From Eledone cirrhosa (taxonomy: Eukaryota): 64,000 nt of DNA. The stretch spans positions 90,024,001 to 90,088,000 of the forward strand of contig OZ024746.1 of NCBI GenBank assembly GCA_964016885.1, in the 5' to 3' direction. Under the pieces are notes generated by a model. The model saw only the letters and a list, made by a program, of their open reading frames with translations, was not told where the DNA came from and did not search any database. The position numbers and the translations under genes were made by a program. Below, one piece after another: positions 13,016-24,912 of the stretch. Each line of letters begins with the position of its first letter. Position 1 is the first letter of the stretch.

Positions 13016-13971
13016 TATTAAAGAAACTAAACACCTTAAAACACAAGTGCCCGTCAACAAACACTTTATGAGTTTTCATGCTACGATTGTTGCGTATCTA
13101 GCATTATATAATCTGCAGTGTCCCTTTAATTTCACGGAGACAATCTGTAATTTAAGGATAGCTTAGACTCGTATATTAGCTCCAACAACGAGTTGATACA
13201 CATTTAGAGATTTATAATGTAATTTTACCGAATTAGCAGCTAGTTGCATAGTGATATATATATATATATATATTATCCTACACGGGGAATTCAATGAGAT
13301 CCAGGAAACATTGGACGCAGAGGTGATTTTCCTAACATTGAAATTAAACTAAATCGAATAAATCATAATGTATGTTACATCCAAAGAGTTTTGACCCACC
13401 AAATGTTAGGGGGAATAAAATCATTTAAAAGTCTTCAACCCGTGCGTGAGCAAGCAGTATTGTATCGTTTAATTAATTTTATAGTGGTCATTTGTCAAAT
13501 CCCTATTGAAGTCAGGTCCTGTAATGCTTAAGTTTCAACCACGGCGAATATTTGTCGGACCAATGGATTATGAAAGTTTATCAATCTCTTTTTGGTATGA
13601 TGGTTTTACTTTACAAACAGTTATATATTGTTTCTAAACTAGTTATATATTGTTTCTAAATTGTGCATGGTATGATAATAATTTAGGTTTAGTATCTTAA
13701 TCTTGTAGAACGAGCATTTATTGGCACTGTACTTTCTAAATAGTACAATGCGTTTATGAATTTTCATTAATGAACCATGTGTTATTAAGTAAGATGTACT
13801 GTAAATATAAAGCTTTCGGCAACGTATTTCGTCAATTGAAATAAATATATTCGAAAACATTGAAATTCTATATTAAACATATGAAATCTATATATAATGT
13901 TAATGTTTATTGGTTGGTTGGTTGAATCACACGAAAACTACACACATGCACATACACACACATCTTAAGAG

Positions 13972-13973
<2 letters not shown>

Positions 13974-14028
<55 letters not shown>

Positions 14029-14029
14029 T

Positions 14030-14099
<70 letters not shown>

Positions 14100-14216
14100 G
14101 AACAGAGGGAAAGGCGGAAAGAGTGAGATAGGCCATTATACAGAGAGATATACAATTTAAGTGTTAGCTATACAAAGAAAGAGAGATAGAGATAGATAGA
14201 GAGATAGAGAGAGAGC

Positions 14217-14292
<76 letters not shown>
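13974..14292. repeat. (TA)n and two long (GA)n microsatellites
   Basis: Direct reading. Confidence 0.95.
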
Positions 14293-14295
<3 letters not shown>

Positions 14296-14459
14296 CCCAT
14301 AAAAGTCTAGCATTGGCTCAAGCTATAGATCAAAATAAATTAGTTGGGGTTTAAGAATATTGCGTTACCTTTTATGACGTAGTTTTACAGTATTATACTT
14401 TACAAAACAAAGAAAAATTGATACTATTTGAAATTAATCTACCCTCCAGCTTTTATCCA

Positions 14460-14821
14460 TATACTACTTCCAGACCGTACTAACGAAGCTAAAAACTTTA
14501 GAAGAAATGTTATATGGTATATTGAGGCGTTTCATATGACGTCCTTTGGAAGTGAAAAGATCATACTGACTATGGTTATTTCACAACATTTAAAATCTAA
14601 GGCCAATGCTACCATTTACTCGGCAGTTTAATCTCCCAGCCTAATGATGAAGTTTTATGACTGTTTTTTTATCCCCCCCCCCCGCCCCCTCTCTCTCACA
14701 CACACACACACACACATTACGGTCTCACTTCATACCAGACAACACATCCAATACAGTCCTTTTCTCTTTTATCTGTCTCCTCTCAATTGTTCTCCCGGGC
14801 GAAGCCGGGTGCGGCAGCTAG
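14460..14821 (+). mobile_element. Non-autonomous Helitron (3' end clear, 5' boundary approximate)
   Basis: GC hairpin CCCGGGCGAAGCCGGG (14794-14809), then 8 nt, then CTAG|T: a canonical Helitron 3' terminus. Confidence 0.6.
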
Positions 14822-15074
14822 TAATTACTAAATCCTTACATGCACACAATATATGTAATGTTTGCAAGATATGAGAATCTACATAAGATGTAATATAGTT
14901 TAATAGAGAACAAGAGGACGGATTATTTATATTATACGATGTTATGGATTAATTATTTATTCAACCATCAGAAGATGATAGTAAGTTCAAATTAAGCAAT
15001 GGAAAAATATAGCATGTTTTCAAACTTAGAATAATGAGCTGCAGTAAAACTATTTCCCAATGATTCAAAGATTA

Positions 15075-15900
15075 TATTTCCACCGATCGTACTGCCCGAT
15101 TGACTGAGAGGTCTGAGAAGGCTTGGATATATTCCAGTTACTAAGCACACCATCTCGGTCTTCGCTTGGCCCAGGGCTGCAGATCTATCAAGTAGAGGAG
15201 CAGTCGAAAACTGCGCATAGATAATGATGACAACACCGGTTCACTGTGGAGGTAGGACCGGAGTTGATGTAGCCTGAGCGCATGTTTCTGAATCATCATC
15301 GACGGCATGCGCAGCCCTAAACTTAACGGGCATACGTGTTGTAGTCGTTTGCCACCTTTGTCCAACCTTTTAGAAAAAAGCTACCTATTGGCCTATTACT
15401 GGGTTAGATTGCCCAACCTGCTTGTCCCCTGGTCTCAGTGATTTTTCTAATAGGCCGTCTGAGCAAACCAGACCTCCATAACTTTAGTCCTTCCGTCCGC
15501 CCAGCTCCCTGTGACGTTGTGGAATGGCATGGACTTGCCTTTGCAAGTGCCAAACCGCAAGCCCACTTATTCTTCCTGGTTAATATTTACTCCTGTTGAC
15601 GCTTCGTAATCGTCGAGAGCAATGCTGATCAACTCAGTATATTTGCTGCTCGATACCACTATTTCATGTTGTTATATCTTCCAACATTGCTGGTGTTGTT
15701 GCTTTTGCTGCTGGTAATGCTGTTGGTGCTGTCATTTTCTCTGCTATTATGTTTTTCTTATTGCTGCTGATCTAGTTCTATTTGCTGCCTGGTATACTGC
15801 TGTTGTGGTTGTCGTTGTTGTCGTTGTTGATGTCTAGAATGTTGGTCCGAATCGTAGCCTCCAAGTCATCTGCGGGCAGGGGACTCTAAATCGCTTGCCG
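15075..15900 (-). mobile_element. Older degenerate Tx1-clade LINE relic
   Basis: 15075-15670 aligns loosely to 17190-17900 (MMIQKHALRLHQLRSYL vs MMRRHVLRLRHLHLLL); 15690-15900 resembles the ORF1 low-complexity segment. Confidence 0.7.
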
Positions 15901-15967
15901 ATCTACGTAGATGATGTATTTCATTAAGAAGGAGGAGGAGAAAGTGCGTATGGGGGGGGGGGGGGGG

Positions 15968-16261
15968 CAAGAAGAAGAAGAAGAAGAAGAAGAAGAAGAA
16001 GAAGAAGAAGAAGAAGAAGAAGAAGAAAGAGGAATAGAATAAGATGGAAGAAGAAGAAGAAGAATAAGAAGAAGAATAAAAACAAGAATAAGAACAAGAA
16101 AAATAAAAAGAAGTAGAATAAAAAGAAGAAGTAGAATAAAAAGAAGAAAGAGGAAGAGCATATGAGGGAAGAAGAAGAAGAAGACGAAGAAGAAGAAGAA
16201 GAAGAAGAAGAAGAAGAAGAAGAAGAAGAAGAAGAAGAAGAAGAAGAAGAAGACGAAGAAC

Positions 16262-16297
<36 letters not shown>
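15968..16297. repeat. (AAG)n then (AAT)n microsatellite at the 3' flank/tail of the Tx1 LINE
   Basis: Direct reading. Confidence 0.95.
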
Positions 16298-16299
<2 letters not shown>

Positions 16300-16549
16300 T
16301 TTCTTTATTAACCACAAGGGTTTACATAAAGTAGACATTAAGGACAGTGCAGGACGATGCAGGACGGTAAAAATGGGCATTTCTGCGTGTAAAAAACAAA
16401 AACAGAGGATGTAACAAAAAATAACAATGAAAAAAATTCCCCAATAGGGGGGAGACTTCGGAGGGACGTTTGTGGAGAAAGCCCAGTAAAAAGCCACAAT
16501 GACCCTGACCACCAAGGCAAGTGCCCTCTCCCAGTTTTCCACCTTTAAT

Positions 16550-19420
16550 TTACAGATATATACTCAGAGTAGGCCCATTCACTCGGGCCATTCTTTCTTC
16601 ACTCACCCATCTTTCAACAAAATGCTGGGAAGAGAGCACTTCCCTCTCTACTCTGATTTTCCTTTTCAAATGAAATTTGAAAAAGTCAATCAGAGCATCA
16701 CCGAAGAGGTAAGTGCTCGTCTTCAGCCCTTTCAAACGTGTCCACCATACTATCTCTTTCGCCATGGCCACCAGACAGATAAAAACTGCCTGCCCTTCCC
16801 GGCTAAAGGAGGAGGGCGGGGCAATCCTCACGATGGACTCAGATGATAGCCGGATCCGTCCTAAACGCGACAGCAGGTGTTCGACATAAACCCACAATTC
16901 AGCAATTTGCGGACATCGGACGAGTGCGTGCAGGACGGTTTCGTCGCCCTGCGCGCATCTCGGACATGCCCGGCTGACGGCACCTCCATGCCTGTAGAGT
17001 TTATCCCGAACTGGCAAGGCTCCTCGGTAGCACTGCCAGGCCAGAGATTTCTGGAAGTTGTCCATAGGCCCTGGCCCGAAAGTTCTTCCGAAGAGATTGG
17101 CTAGTTGATTTTCGTCGACGCCTAGAGTTTCCCCAAGTACGTCGTCGCTCTTCCCCTCCACTAATCCTCTATAGAACGCCGAGGTGGAGTTTCCACCGAT
17201 CACATTGCCCGATTGGTCGAGGGCTGTGAGCGCCTGAAGACATTCCAGTCTCCAGGCGCTCCCTCTCGGTCTTCGCTTGACCCAGGACTGCAGCTCCGTC
17301 AAGGAAACGAGCTGGGGAAATACGTGTCTAGCAAACGGCGACCACACCTGATCACCGTCGAGTAAGAGGTGGAGATGTCGTAGCCTGAGCACGTGCCTGC
17401 GCATCATCAGCCACGGCAAGCCCAGCCCTCCACGTAGCGGGTGTTGACAACAGATGGACCGCCTGACCATCGGAGGACGTCCCTTCCACAAAAAGCAAAA
17501 GAGCAAACGCTCCAGCGCAGTCAGGCGAGGCTTAGGACAAGGTACGACGGTCAGGCGGTAGCAGATGACAGCCGCGATGTACGCGTTAGCCACCTCCGCT
17601 CGACCTTTCAGGGATAGCTTCCTCTCCGCCCATTTCTGGGTGAGAGAAGCCACCCTGCTCGTCACCTCGTCCCAGTTTTTGTCCGTCTGGAGGTCCGGAC
17701 CGGACCAGACACCTAGTAATTTAACCGGTCCGTCCGTCCAGCGTCCGACGACGCTGTTGGACGGCATGGACCTGCCTCTCCAGGTGCCGAGCTGCAGGCC
17801 CACTGACTTTTCCTAGTTTATCACTGCTCCTGTCACCGCTTCGTATTCTCTTAGTGTAGTGCCGATCGCCTCGATGTGTTTGGCGTTCGACACCACTACG
17901 GTGACATCGTCCGCATATGCTGACACGGATCTTCCGCATCCTAGTTCGCGCGGGACTCCCCTCAACGTCTCCAGTTTGTGCAGTAATGGCTCGAGAGTCA
18001 ATACGTACAAGAGGGACGAGAGGGGACATCCTTGGCGGACCGAGCGCATGATGTTGAACGGTTCCTACAGGTGACCGTTCACTCTCACCACAGAGCAGAT
18101 GTCGCTGTGCATGGCAGCGATCCTGCCTTTGAAGACGGGCCCAAAGCCAGCCGCCCTCAGGACTGCTGCTAGGTAACGATGGTCGACCCTATCGAAAGCT
18201 TTCGACTGATCTAAATTGATCAAGGACCCACCCGTGCCAGGTTCCTTAGCTACCCTCTCTATGATGTATCGCATGAGGTGGAGGTTGTCGTGGATGGATC
18301 TGTCGGGAATGGCGCATGTCTGCCACTCGGGCCCATTGAACGGCTTTCGTCCCCTCGTGTCTGAGAGCACGCACCCTTGCTCTGACAACGCAGCCTTCGT
18401 GCTTTGCATTGAAGAATTGGTCAAGGGCCAATTTCGCCGCAAGCACGTCGGTCGCAATGCCTTTGCTAAGCGCCTCGTCTAATTTTCTAACTAGTTCTCC
18501 CGCTGCTCTATTTTTCTCTATTGCTAAAGCCTTACTAAACCTAATCGATTCTATTCTAATCGCTCTTCTCAGAGCAAACCACCACTTGTTGTTGACGATG
18601 GCCCCCGTTAACGCCCGCTTAACTAGTTCGCTAATCCGGTCTCTGTAGGCCCTGCGCGCTGGTAAGGACGCGTTTAGCTTCCGGTAGCCGGGTCCTCGTC
18701 TATGAAGCCTATCTAAGTCAAGCACACAGATCATAAATTTGTGGTCCTGTAGCTGACTATCTTGAATTGTGGACAGCCTATGCTAGACCTATCTATCTCC
18801 CTACAAAATACTCTATCTAGATATGATCTGGATGACCCTATGCGATTTGTCCAAGTCCACATTGGCACATTCGGGAAATCCAATCGGTACCTGTCAGACA
18901 GTTCAAAACGCCTGAGCAGGTTGGTGAGGCTCTTGCACCCTCCACCCCTATCCGCTAATCCCACACAGTCCCAGCGTACATCTAAGATCCCGTTCCAGTC
19001 GCCCACTAACACTAAAGAGCGGGACGTTCCAAGAAAGGTCTCCAGACGCCGGAAGAAATCAGGCCGCCCTGCTCCTGTCGGGGAATAGACGGCCACTAGC
19101 CTGAAAGCTTGCCCGTCTCCGCTGGTCACGTCCAGCACCACCAGCTTACCCTCTGGGTCCAGGAAGATGGCCCGTATGGCGAGATCCAAACCTCTCCGAA
19201 AAAGCACAGCAACTCCTCCACCCGATCCAGGACGGCTGGGAGATGCGTACACATCGTAGCCGCCGAAGATCGGTGCGAAGGCCCGTGCTTCGGAGATTCT
19301 GGTCTCGCTGATGGCCACTACATCTATGTTTAGTGACCTGAGGTCGTTGAGCAGGTGACCCTGCTTCCATGAGAACCCCAAGCCACGCGCATTTATGCTG
19401 CCTATTCTGAGTGAGGTCAT
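16550..19420 (-). pseudogene. Tx1 ORF2 (APE endonuclease, reverse transcriptase, C-terminal zinc knuckle), disabled
   Basis: SINARGL, ISET, AVYSP, GDWN, SYLDRV; LDQSKAFDRVDH, SVRQGCPLS, AYADD; CPRC..ETVLHALVRC. Lesions: frameshift ~18748, internal deletion with frameshift ~18320, in-frame stops at 18065 and 17813. Confidence 0.92.
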
Positions 19421-19455
19421 GTTTAAAATAGAGTGGAAAAGATGGGAAAGACCAC

Positions 19456-21501
19456 TTACCGTACTTTTGGTAGAGGAGGGATGGTTTTTACATCCCTTTT
19501 CACTTGATCGTCTGGTGAAGGGAGCGTTGAATCATCCCTTCGGCTGGTCGTCGGCTCTTCTAAGAGCATGTCTGAATATACTCTTCGATTGATGGTTCCT
19601 CCTAGGTCCCTGAAATCACCAACTGCGTTGGGGAATTTCGTTTTAATGTTTGTGTATTGTTTCTGTGCTATCTTTAGCAGTCTTATGTTAGTTGGCGTTT
19701 TGATTGGTGCTGGTATTATGTAGTCCTGTTGTGAAATGTCTGTGTGTTCAATTATGTAAGTCATTAGTTTCTTGTTGTGTGTATTTATTGCCGTGCATTT
19801 GTTTTTCTGGGGGTGGGGTGTGGTTCTGCTATTTTCTTGTCGTTGTTGCTGGGTGTGTGTGTTTTGTTGTTGTGTTTGCGATGTTGGTGGTGTTGCTGCT
19901 GTGGGTCTCTTTGCAGTAGACTTTACTCTTTTCTTATTTCTTTCCTCCCTTTTCAAAGGCGACGATGCGCTGCTTCTGCGTTTGTGCCTTCTTACGACCT
20001 TTTGCCATCCCTCTCCCACCTCACACTCCATGTCTGATTCTGTGAGGTCGGGGAGGGGTACCAGCTCCACTCTTTCACTTGTTGTTGTTGGTGATGTTTG
20101 CACCGGAGTCTCTGTTGCAGCTGCATTTGGTATTGCTGTTGCTGTTGTTAATATTTCCACTGCTGCTGCTGTTTTTGATTTCCGTGGCGTGGGTATGGGT
20201 GCCACGGACCTATCGTTCCTGGTTGCCGCTTGTCCTGTTGCTGGTAGCCGTGGAGCCGGATTCGGAAGGAGGGGGGTTTTCTCCTTTCTCAGGGTCTTCT
20301 CGTTGCAGAAGGCCCTGAGGTGAGTCTTCGATCCACAGCGAAAGCATTTCGGGCGTTTGCCCTCAACACTTATGGGCAGTTGAGTGCCGTTATCGAAGTC
20401 TATCACATCCGGGATAGCTTCGATGCACTCCTGGTTGGTTTGGATTAGCATCTCAATGGAGGTGCCGACCCAATCTTCTCTTACTTTTTTCTGTACTTGC
20501 AGTACAGTTGTTTTGTCCTCGATTCCGACGAGGACAGACGCGGCGAGCCAAGAAGGGGCCATTCCGGGGGGGACGTGGGTCAGTTTGACCCTCACAATTT
20601 TTTGCCCGCAGTAGGAGGGCACCAACACCATTTCCTCGCTCCTTAGGGTCACTAAGGATTGGGCCTTTGCCTCCTGGGGTGTGTCAAAATGTACGTCTAC
20701 GGTGGCATATTTTTTGCCTCGAGTGATGTGCGTTTTCCGCTGCCACACAGACCCCAAGGCTTTTTGTATTTGGGCCTCTGTGGCTCTTTCCACCCTACGG
20801 GATTTTGTACTTACCGTACCGTACTTGACCGTACAGTGCTGTTGGGTTTCGAAAAAATGTTCCGCTGCCTTGCAGATTGTTCGGTGTCCATTCTTTGTCA
20901 CCATCTTCTTCGCTTCCTCTAATTCCTCATTTGTTATGAGGATTTTTTCCAAGTTTTTCGCAATACCTGCAAATGAGATTGGTTTTTCTTTGCTGCTGTT
21001 GTTGTTGTTGTCGTCAGAGCTGCTGTTACTTTTGTTGTTGCTGCAGGTACTACGACTACTGCCTTCGCCGCTGTTGCTGTGGTTGTTGTTGGTGTTGCTG
21101 CTGCTAATGCTGTTGTTGTTTATGCTGCTGGTGATGCTGTTGCGGCTGCTACTGTTGTTTTCATTGTCACTGTTGCTGTTGTTATTACGGCTGCTACTGC
21201 TATTATTCCTGACGTCAGACGAATGAACTGGGTTTTCGTATTTCCCGCACACCTGTTTCGTCGCTGTCGTCGTCGTCGTGGAGAAACCTTGCATGCTTTG
21301 CACGAGACTTTTCTTTTCTTTCGTCACTTGCGAAAGAGAAGGGAGGGAGAGAGACACATTTAAAGAAGGGAGGGAGAGAGACAATCTTCTCTCTGCTGTA
21401 GTGACGATTGAGGAAGAAGACGGAATGAGTGGGAGTGACCTATGCAAATTCTTTTTCGTAGCCATGTTGTTTTTTTTGTTTAAAATAAATATTGGGTACA
21501 A
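19456..21501 (-). CDS. Tx1 ORF1 protein (gag-like nucleic-acid binding, CCHC zinc knuckle); the start may be the second Met at 21465
   Basis: Uninterrupted 681-aa ORF directly upstream of ORF2; KPISFAGIAK, RRM-like core, CFRCGSKTHLRAFC knuckle, GWQKVVRRHKRR, Ser/Asn and Thr/Pro low complexity. Confidence 0.88.
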   Translation of the reverse strand: MYPIFILNKKNNMATKKNLHRSLPLIPSSSSIVTTAERRLSLSLPSLNVSLSLPSLSQVTKEKKSLVQSMQGFSTTTTTATKQVCGKYENPVHSSDVRNNSSSSRNNNSNSDNENNSSSRNSITSSINNNSISSSNTNNNHSNSGEGSSRSTCSNNKSNSSSDDNNNNSSKEKPISFAGIAKNLEKILITNEELEEAKKMVTKNGHRTICKAAEHFFETQQHCTVKYGTVSTKSRRVERATEAQIQKALGSVWQRKTHITRGKKYATVDVHFDTPQEAKAQSLVTLRSEEMVLVPSYCGQKIVRVKLTHVPPGMAPSWLAASVLVGIEDKTTVLQVQKKVREDWVGTSIEMLIQTNQECIEAIPDVIDFDNGTQLPISVEGKRPKCFRCGSKTHLRAFCNEKTLRKEKTPLLPNPAPRLPATGQAATRNDRSVAPIPTPRKSKTAAAVEILTTATAIPNAAATETPVQTSPTTTSERVELVPLPDLTESDMECEVGEGWQKVVRRHKRRSSASSPLKREERNKKRVKSTAKRPTAATPPTSQTQQQNTHTQQQRQENSRTTPHPQKNKCTAINTHNKKLMTYIIEHTDISQQDYIIPAPIKTPTNIRLLKIAQKQYTNIKTKFPNAVGDFRDLGGTINRRVYSDMLLEEPTTSRRDDSTLPSPDDQVKRDVKTIPPLPKVR

Positions 21502-21681
21502 ATCCCCAATAAGCAGTTATTTAACCCCGAAGGGCCAAATAACGGGCAGAAAGACCCCTCTCACGAGGAGGAGGGTGTTTTTGTCTACAAGTTGGTCTAA
21601 GTTTTAAACAATTTACAATTGTTAAAGCGTTCGAAATTTACCGTACCTTACAGAGCCGAGCCTCCGTCAACCATAGCATTC

Positions 21682-21734
<53 letters not shown>

Positions 21735-21752
21735 GAAGAAGAAGAAGAAGAA
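21682..21752. repeat. (AAT)n(AAG)n microsatellite at the 5' flank of the Tx1 LINE
   Basis: Direct reading. Confidence 0.95.
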
Positions 21753-23401
21753 ATATACAGGCACCCACCATAATGGGGTGAAATATATAGGAATATAATT
21801 CTCTTTTTTCTAGTATCTAGCTCATGTTATACGTTAGAGCCAACGACCTTGGACGGGATAAATCATTAAAATAAAGGAAGTTATTAAATGTAAGAAATAA
21901 TATATGAAAGGAAGTACGTATATTCAAGTACGTATATTCATGCTCGTGTTTATAGTGAGTATTAAAATAAATAAATATAGAGCTATTATCAATATTCAAC
22001 ATACAGTTATCCAACCTATTATTATAAATGTAAAATGTTGCATCATGTAAATACTTTCATATGATTGTTTAGAAATTATTAGGGAATTTCTTCCTATTAC
22101 GTACCACATAAGACAATATTGAATAGGTCATTTTGACATTTCATATTTTGTGATTTAAAAAAAATGAATTACGACTCAATATATAATTACATAGGAGGGT
22201 ATTGATTTAATTCATCACATACACTGAATTTGCGATAGTATAATTTCATTCTATTTAAAGACATATTTTTGGAAAACTCCAGCCTTACAATAAACAAAAA
22301 TCTATATTGGGTTAAATATAGATTAAATTATACAACGCATCTATAGATTTCTACCATAAGGGTAAAGTAAATATTTGCAAAACTTGCGGTTATACACTAT
22401 AAATTGATGCCAGCAGTAATTGCCCTATATTTTATTAATTATCGATCTAAAACCTAGACGAAATTTCCTATCTATTGAATATAACGTCACGATATTTAAA
22501 TTTGCAGTATGTGGCTCTTTAAATTAACGTTAACTGCAGGCTTTTGCATCACGTATGCTATTTATGCATTTACGTAAGGAACACAGCTGTATACTATAGA
22601 GGAATTATGAATACGGGTTTAATGGAGTCAACGTGAATTATTGTTACTTACCAAAATATCTTGGAAGAACTATAAATTTGATATGATTCCAAACTAATCA
22701 CAATTCAGAACCCTACTCATTTGAAATTCGTATGAAATTTCCTCGAGTGACTCAGATTGTAAGAAATTAGTGTGACGAATCCACCAACATATTTGCAGTT
22801 TGGCAAGATGAATATAGTTAATGAAATCCTTGAATAGATATAAACGGCAGGTAAACAAGTTTACAATGCAAAGGGGAGGGTCTGGGAAAGAAATAATAGA
22901 TGTTGTAGCTATTAGTGTTCTAAGGTGGTGGATATTATAGAAGTGATACAAGTAACGTTGATTAAATTAGTACTGGAGAGAGATGTATGATTTTGTATGC
23001 TCTCCGGTCAGAGGTCACCTACTTTCACCAATACCACATACAACCAATGCATCTACATATATAGCTACTCTATCAACATCGATACGTACATACGGACACT
23101 GCATATGGTACATACACACATCTTAGTTTGCCATTTGGTCATTTGAAATAAATTATAGCTTGATATTTCAGAATACATCCGGTTGAATTCTCTCAAAACG
23201 TGGTCAGACATCAAAGACACGCGCTTGCTGCAGAAATTGTTTTCACTCGATTCCTTATATTCTATTATCTTCTTGAAGTTACCTTGTAGTTAAAAAGCAA
23301 TATTTTCGATGTCTACCACATACCGCCTTTTTGCTGTTTTACTATTTACACTCTTCCCCATACGCACACATACGTAGACACACATACAAACGCCCGTCCT
23401 C

Positions 23402-23461
<60 letters not shown>

Positions 23462-23477
23462 ATATATATATATATAT

Positions 23478-23566
23478 AACGAAGGAAATGTGGTAAGGAA
23501 CCAGGTGGACCATAACGCACCAAAGTACTCAATACGTAGGGTAGTAGAGTGGGTAATAGGAACGTA

Positions 23567-23568
<2 letters not shown>
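23478..23568 (+). mobile_element. Short (TA)n-embedded repeat family B
   Basis: AAGGAAATGTGGTAAGGAACCAG..GACCATAA..AGTACTCAATAC.TAGGGTAG is shared with 52005-52158 (minus), 55221-55385 and in part 5853-5910. Confidence 0.8.
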
Positions 23569-23609
<41 letters not shown>

Positions 23610-23715
23610 GTTTGGAGTTAAAAGGCCAGAACACTGCAGGTATGGATATAGAATAAAAATACAAATGCAAAAGATAATGTTGACAATTAGTATTTTATTT
23701 TAAATTTAATTGTAT

Positions 23716-23755
23716 ATCCTGATATTTCGAGATAATATCTCTTCTTCGGAGGGAA
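23716..23755 (-). ncRNA. Minimal type I hammerhead motif, CCGAAGA variant
   Basis: Minus strand: cct-CCGAAGA-a-gagat att atctc-GAAA-TA-TC-agg; stem I cct/agg, stem II 5 bp, loop-less stem III. Confidence 0.55.
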
Positions 23756-23987
23756 GTAACGGGGTTAATCCAGTGTTCTAATTGCCTTGCCACGTCATGC
23801 TGACACTATAGAAATTCCATTGTATTTCTAATCTCAAAGAGTGAATGTTAGGTGGATAAAGGTGTGTGTGTGGGAGAATATGTGGAGGTGTAAGCATGCG
23901 TGTGTGTGTTGTGTGAGTGTGAGAGGATATGTTTATATGTAAGTGTGAGGGTAAGGTGCTCTATCATGTTAAAACTGGTCTATGTGT

Positions 23988-24057
<70 letters not shown>

Positions 24058-24060
<3 letters not shown>

Positions 24061-24243
24061 ATTGTTTCTACGTTTAGCACAAGACCAGCCAATATCCAGT
24101 GTATTACTGGTACTTTATTTTGACGACCCCGTCAGGATGAAAGGCAAAGTTAACATCGGAAGGGTTTGAACTCATACGGTAAAGGGTCATAACTCTATGC
24201 TGCAAACCATGGTGTTTGACGTTCTACCTATACTGGCAATCCT
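24058..24243 (-). mobile_element. SINE family A
   Basis: Alignable to the other copies; abuts (TG)n. Confidence 0.85.
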
Positions 24244-24317
24244 TGTTGTGTACGCATGCGCCATGATGAATCTTAAACGCATTCGGATAAAATAACACGA
24301 AATATATGTATCGTGTC

Positions 24318-24384
24318 AGTGTGTGCGCGTGTATGTAGTTGATTGTGTGTGTGTGCGCGTGTGTGGGTGTGTGTGTGTGTGTGT

Positions 24385-24433
<49 letters not shown>

Positions 24434-24495
24434 TGTGTGTGTGTGTGTTTCTGTGTCTGTGTGTTTGTGGTGTGTGTTTGTGGTGTGTGTTTGTG
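24318..24495. repeat. (TG)n microsatellite, degenerate
   Basis: Direct reading. Confidence 0.9.
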
Positions 24496-24864
24496 AGTAT
24501 GAGTTTGTGATTGTAAACGTGCGAAAGAAAGGAAGTGTGGATGTATGTGATTGAATGGCTATGTCCATTTGTATAACTGTACAAAGAAATAACACAAACT
24601 TTTTGATAAAACCTTTGATGTCGGCAAAAATATGTTATGAATGTTGTCTTATAGTACACATCAAAGGTGGGCTGTCCTGTCTAGTATCGTTTCTGTCCCA
24701 CACCACAAATAAGAGGGGAATATTTTGTCAGACTCATATGTCATACATTTGATGTAGACAAATAGGCAAAATACATAAATTATCTTCTGAAATCATGTTT
24801 CTAACTAGGCTTGACCAATTCTTTTATGATTGAAAATTGGTAAATGTATACATTCAAAGTCCAC

Positions 24865-24912
<48 letters not shown>

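Larger units (their letters stand above)
16298..21681 (-). mobile_element. Near full-length Tx1-clade (L1 superfamily) non-LTR retrotransposon
   Basis: 5' UTR, ORF1, 35-nt spacer, ORF2 (APE-RT-CCHC), 3' UTR with AATAAA then (ATT)n. Both flanks are (AAT)n/(AAG)n tracts. Confidence 0.95.

Noticed and set aside
15866-16542. Hydrophobic poly-L/F/I ORFs resembling membrane proteins
   Set aside because: Read-through of (TTC)n/(TTA)n tracts and the Tx1 3' UTR.
16499-21607. Many plus-strand ORFs
   Set aside because: Antisense shadows of Tx1 ORF1/ORF2.
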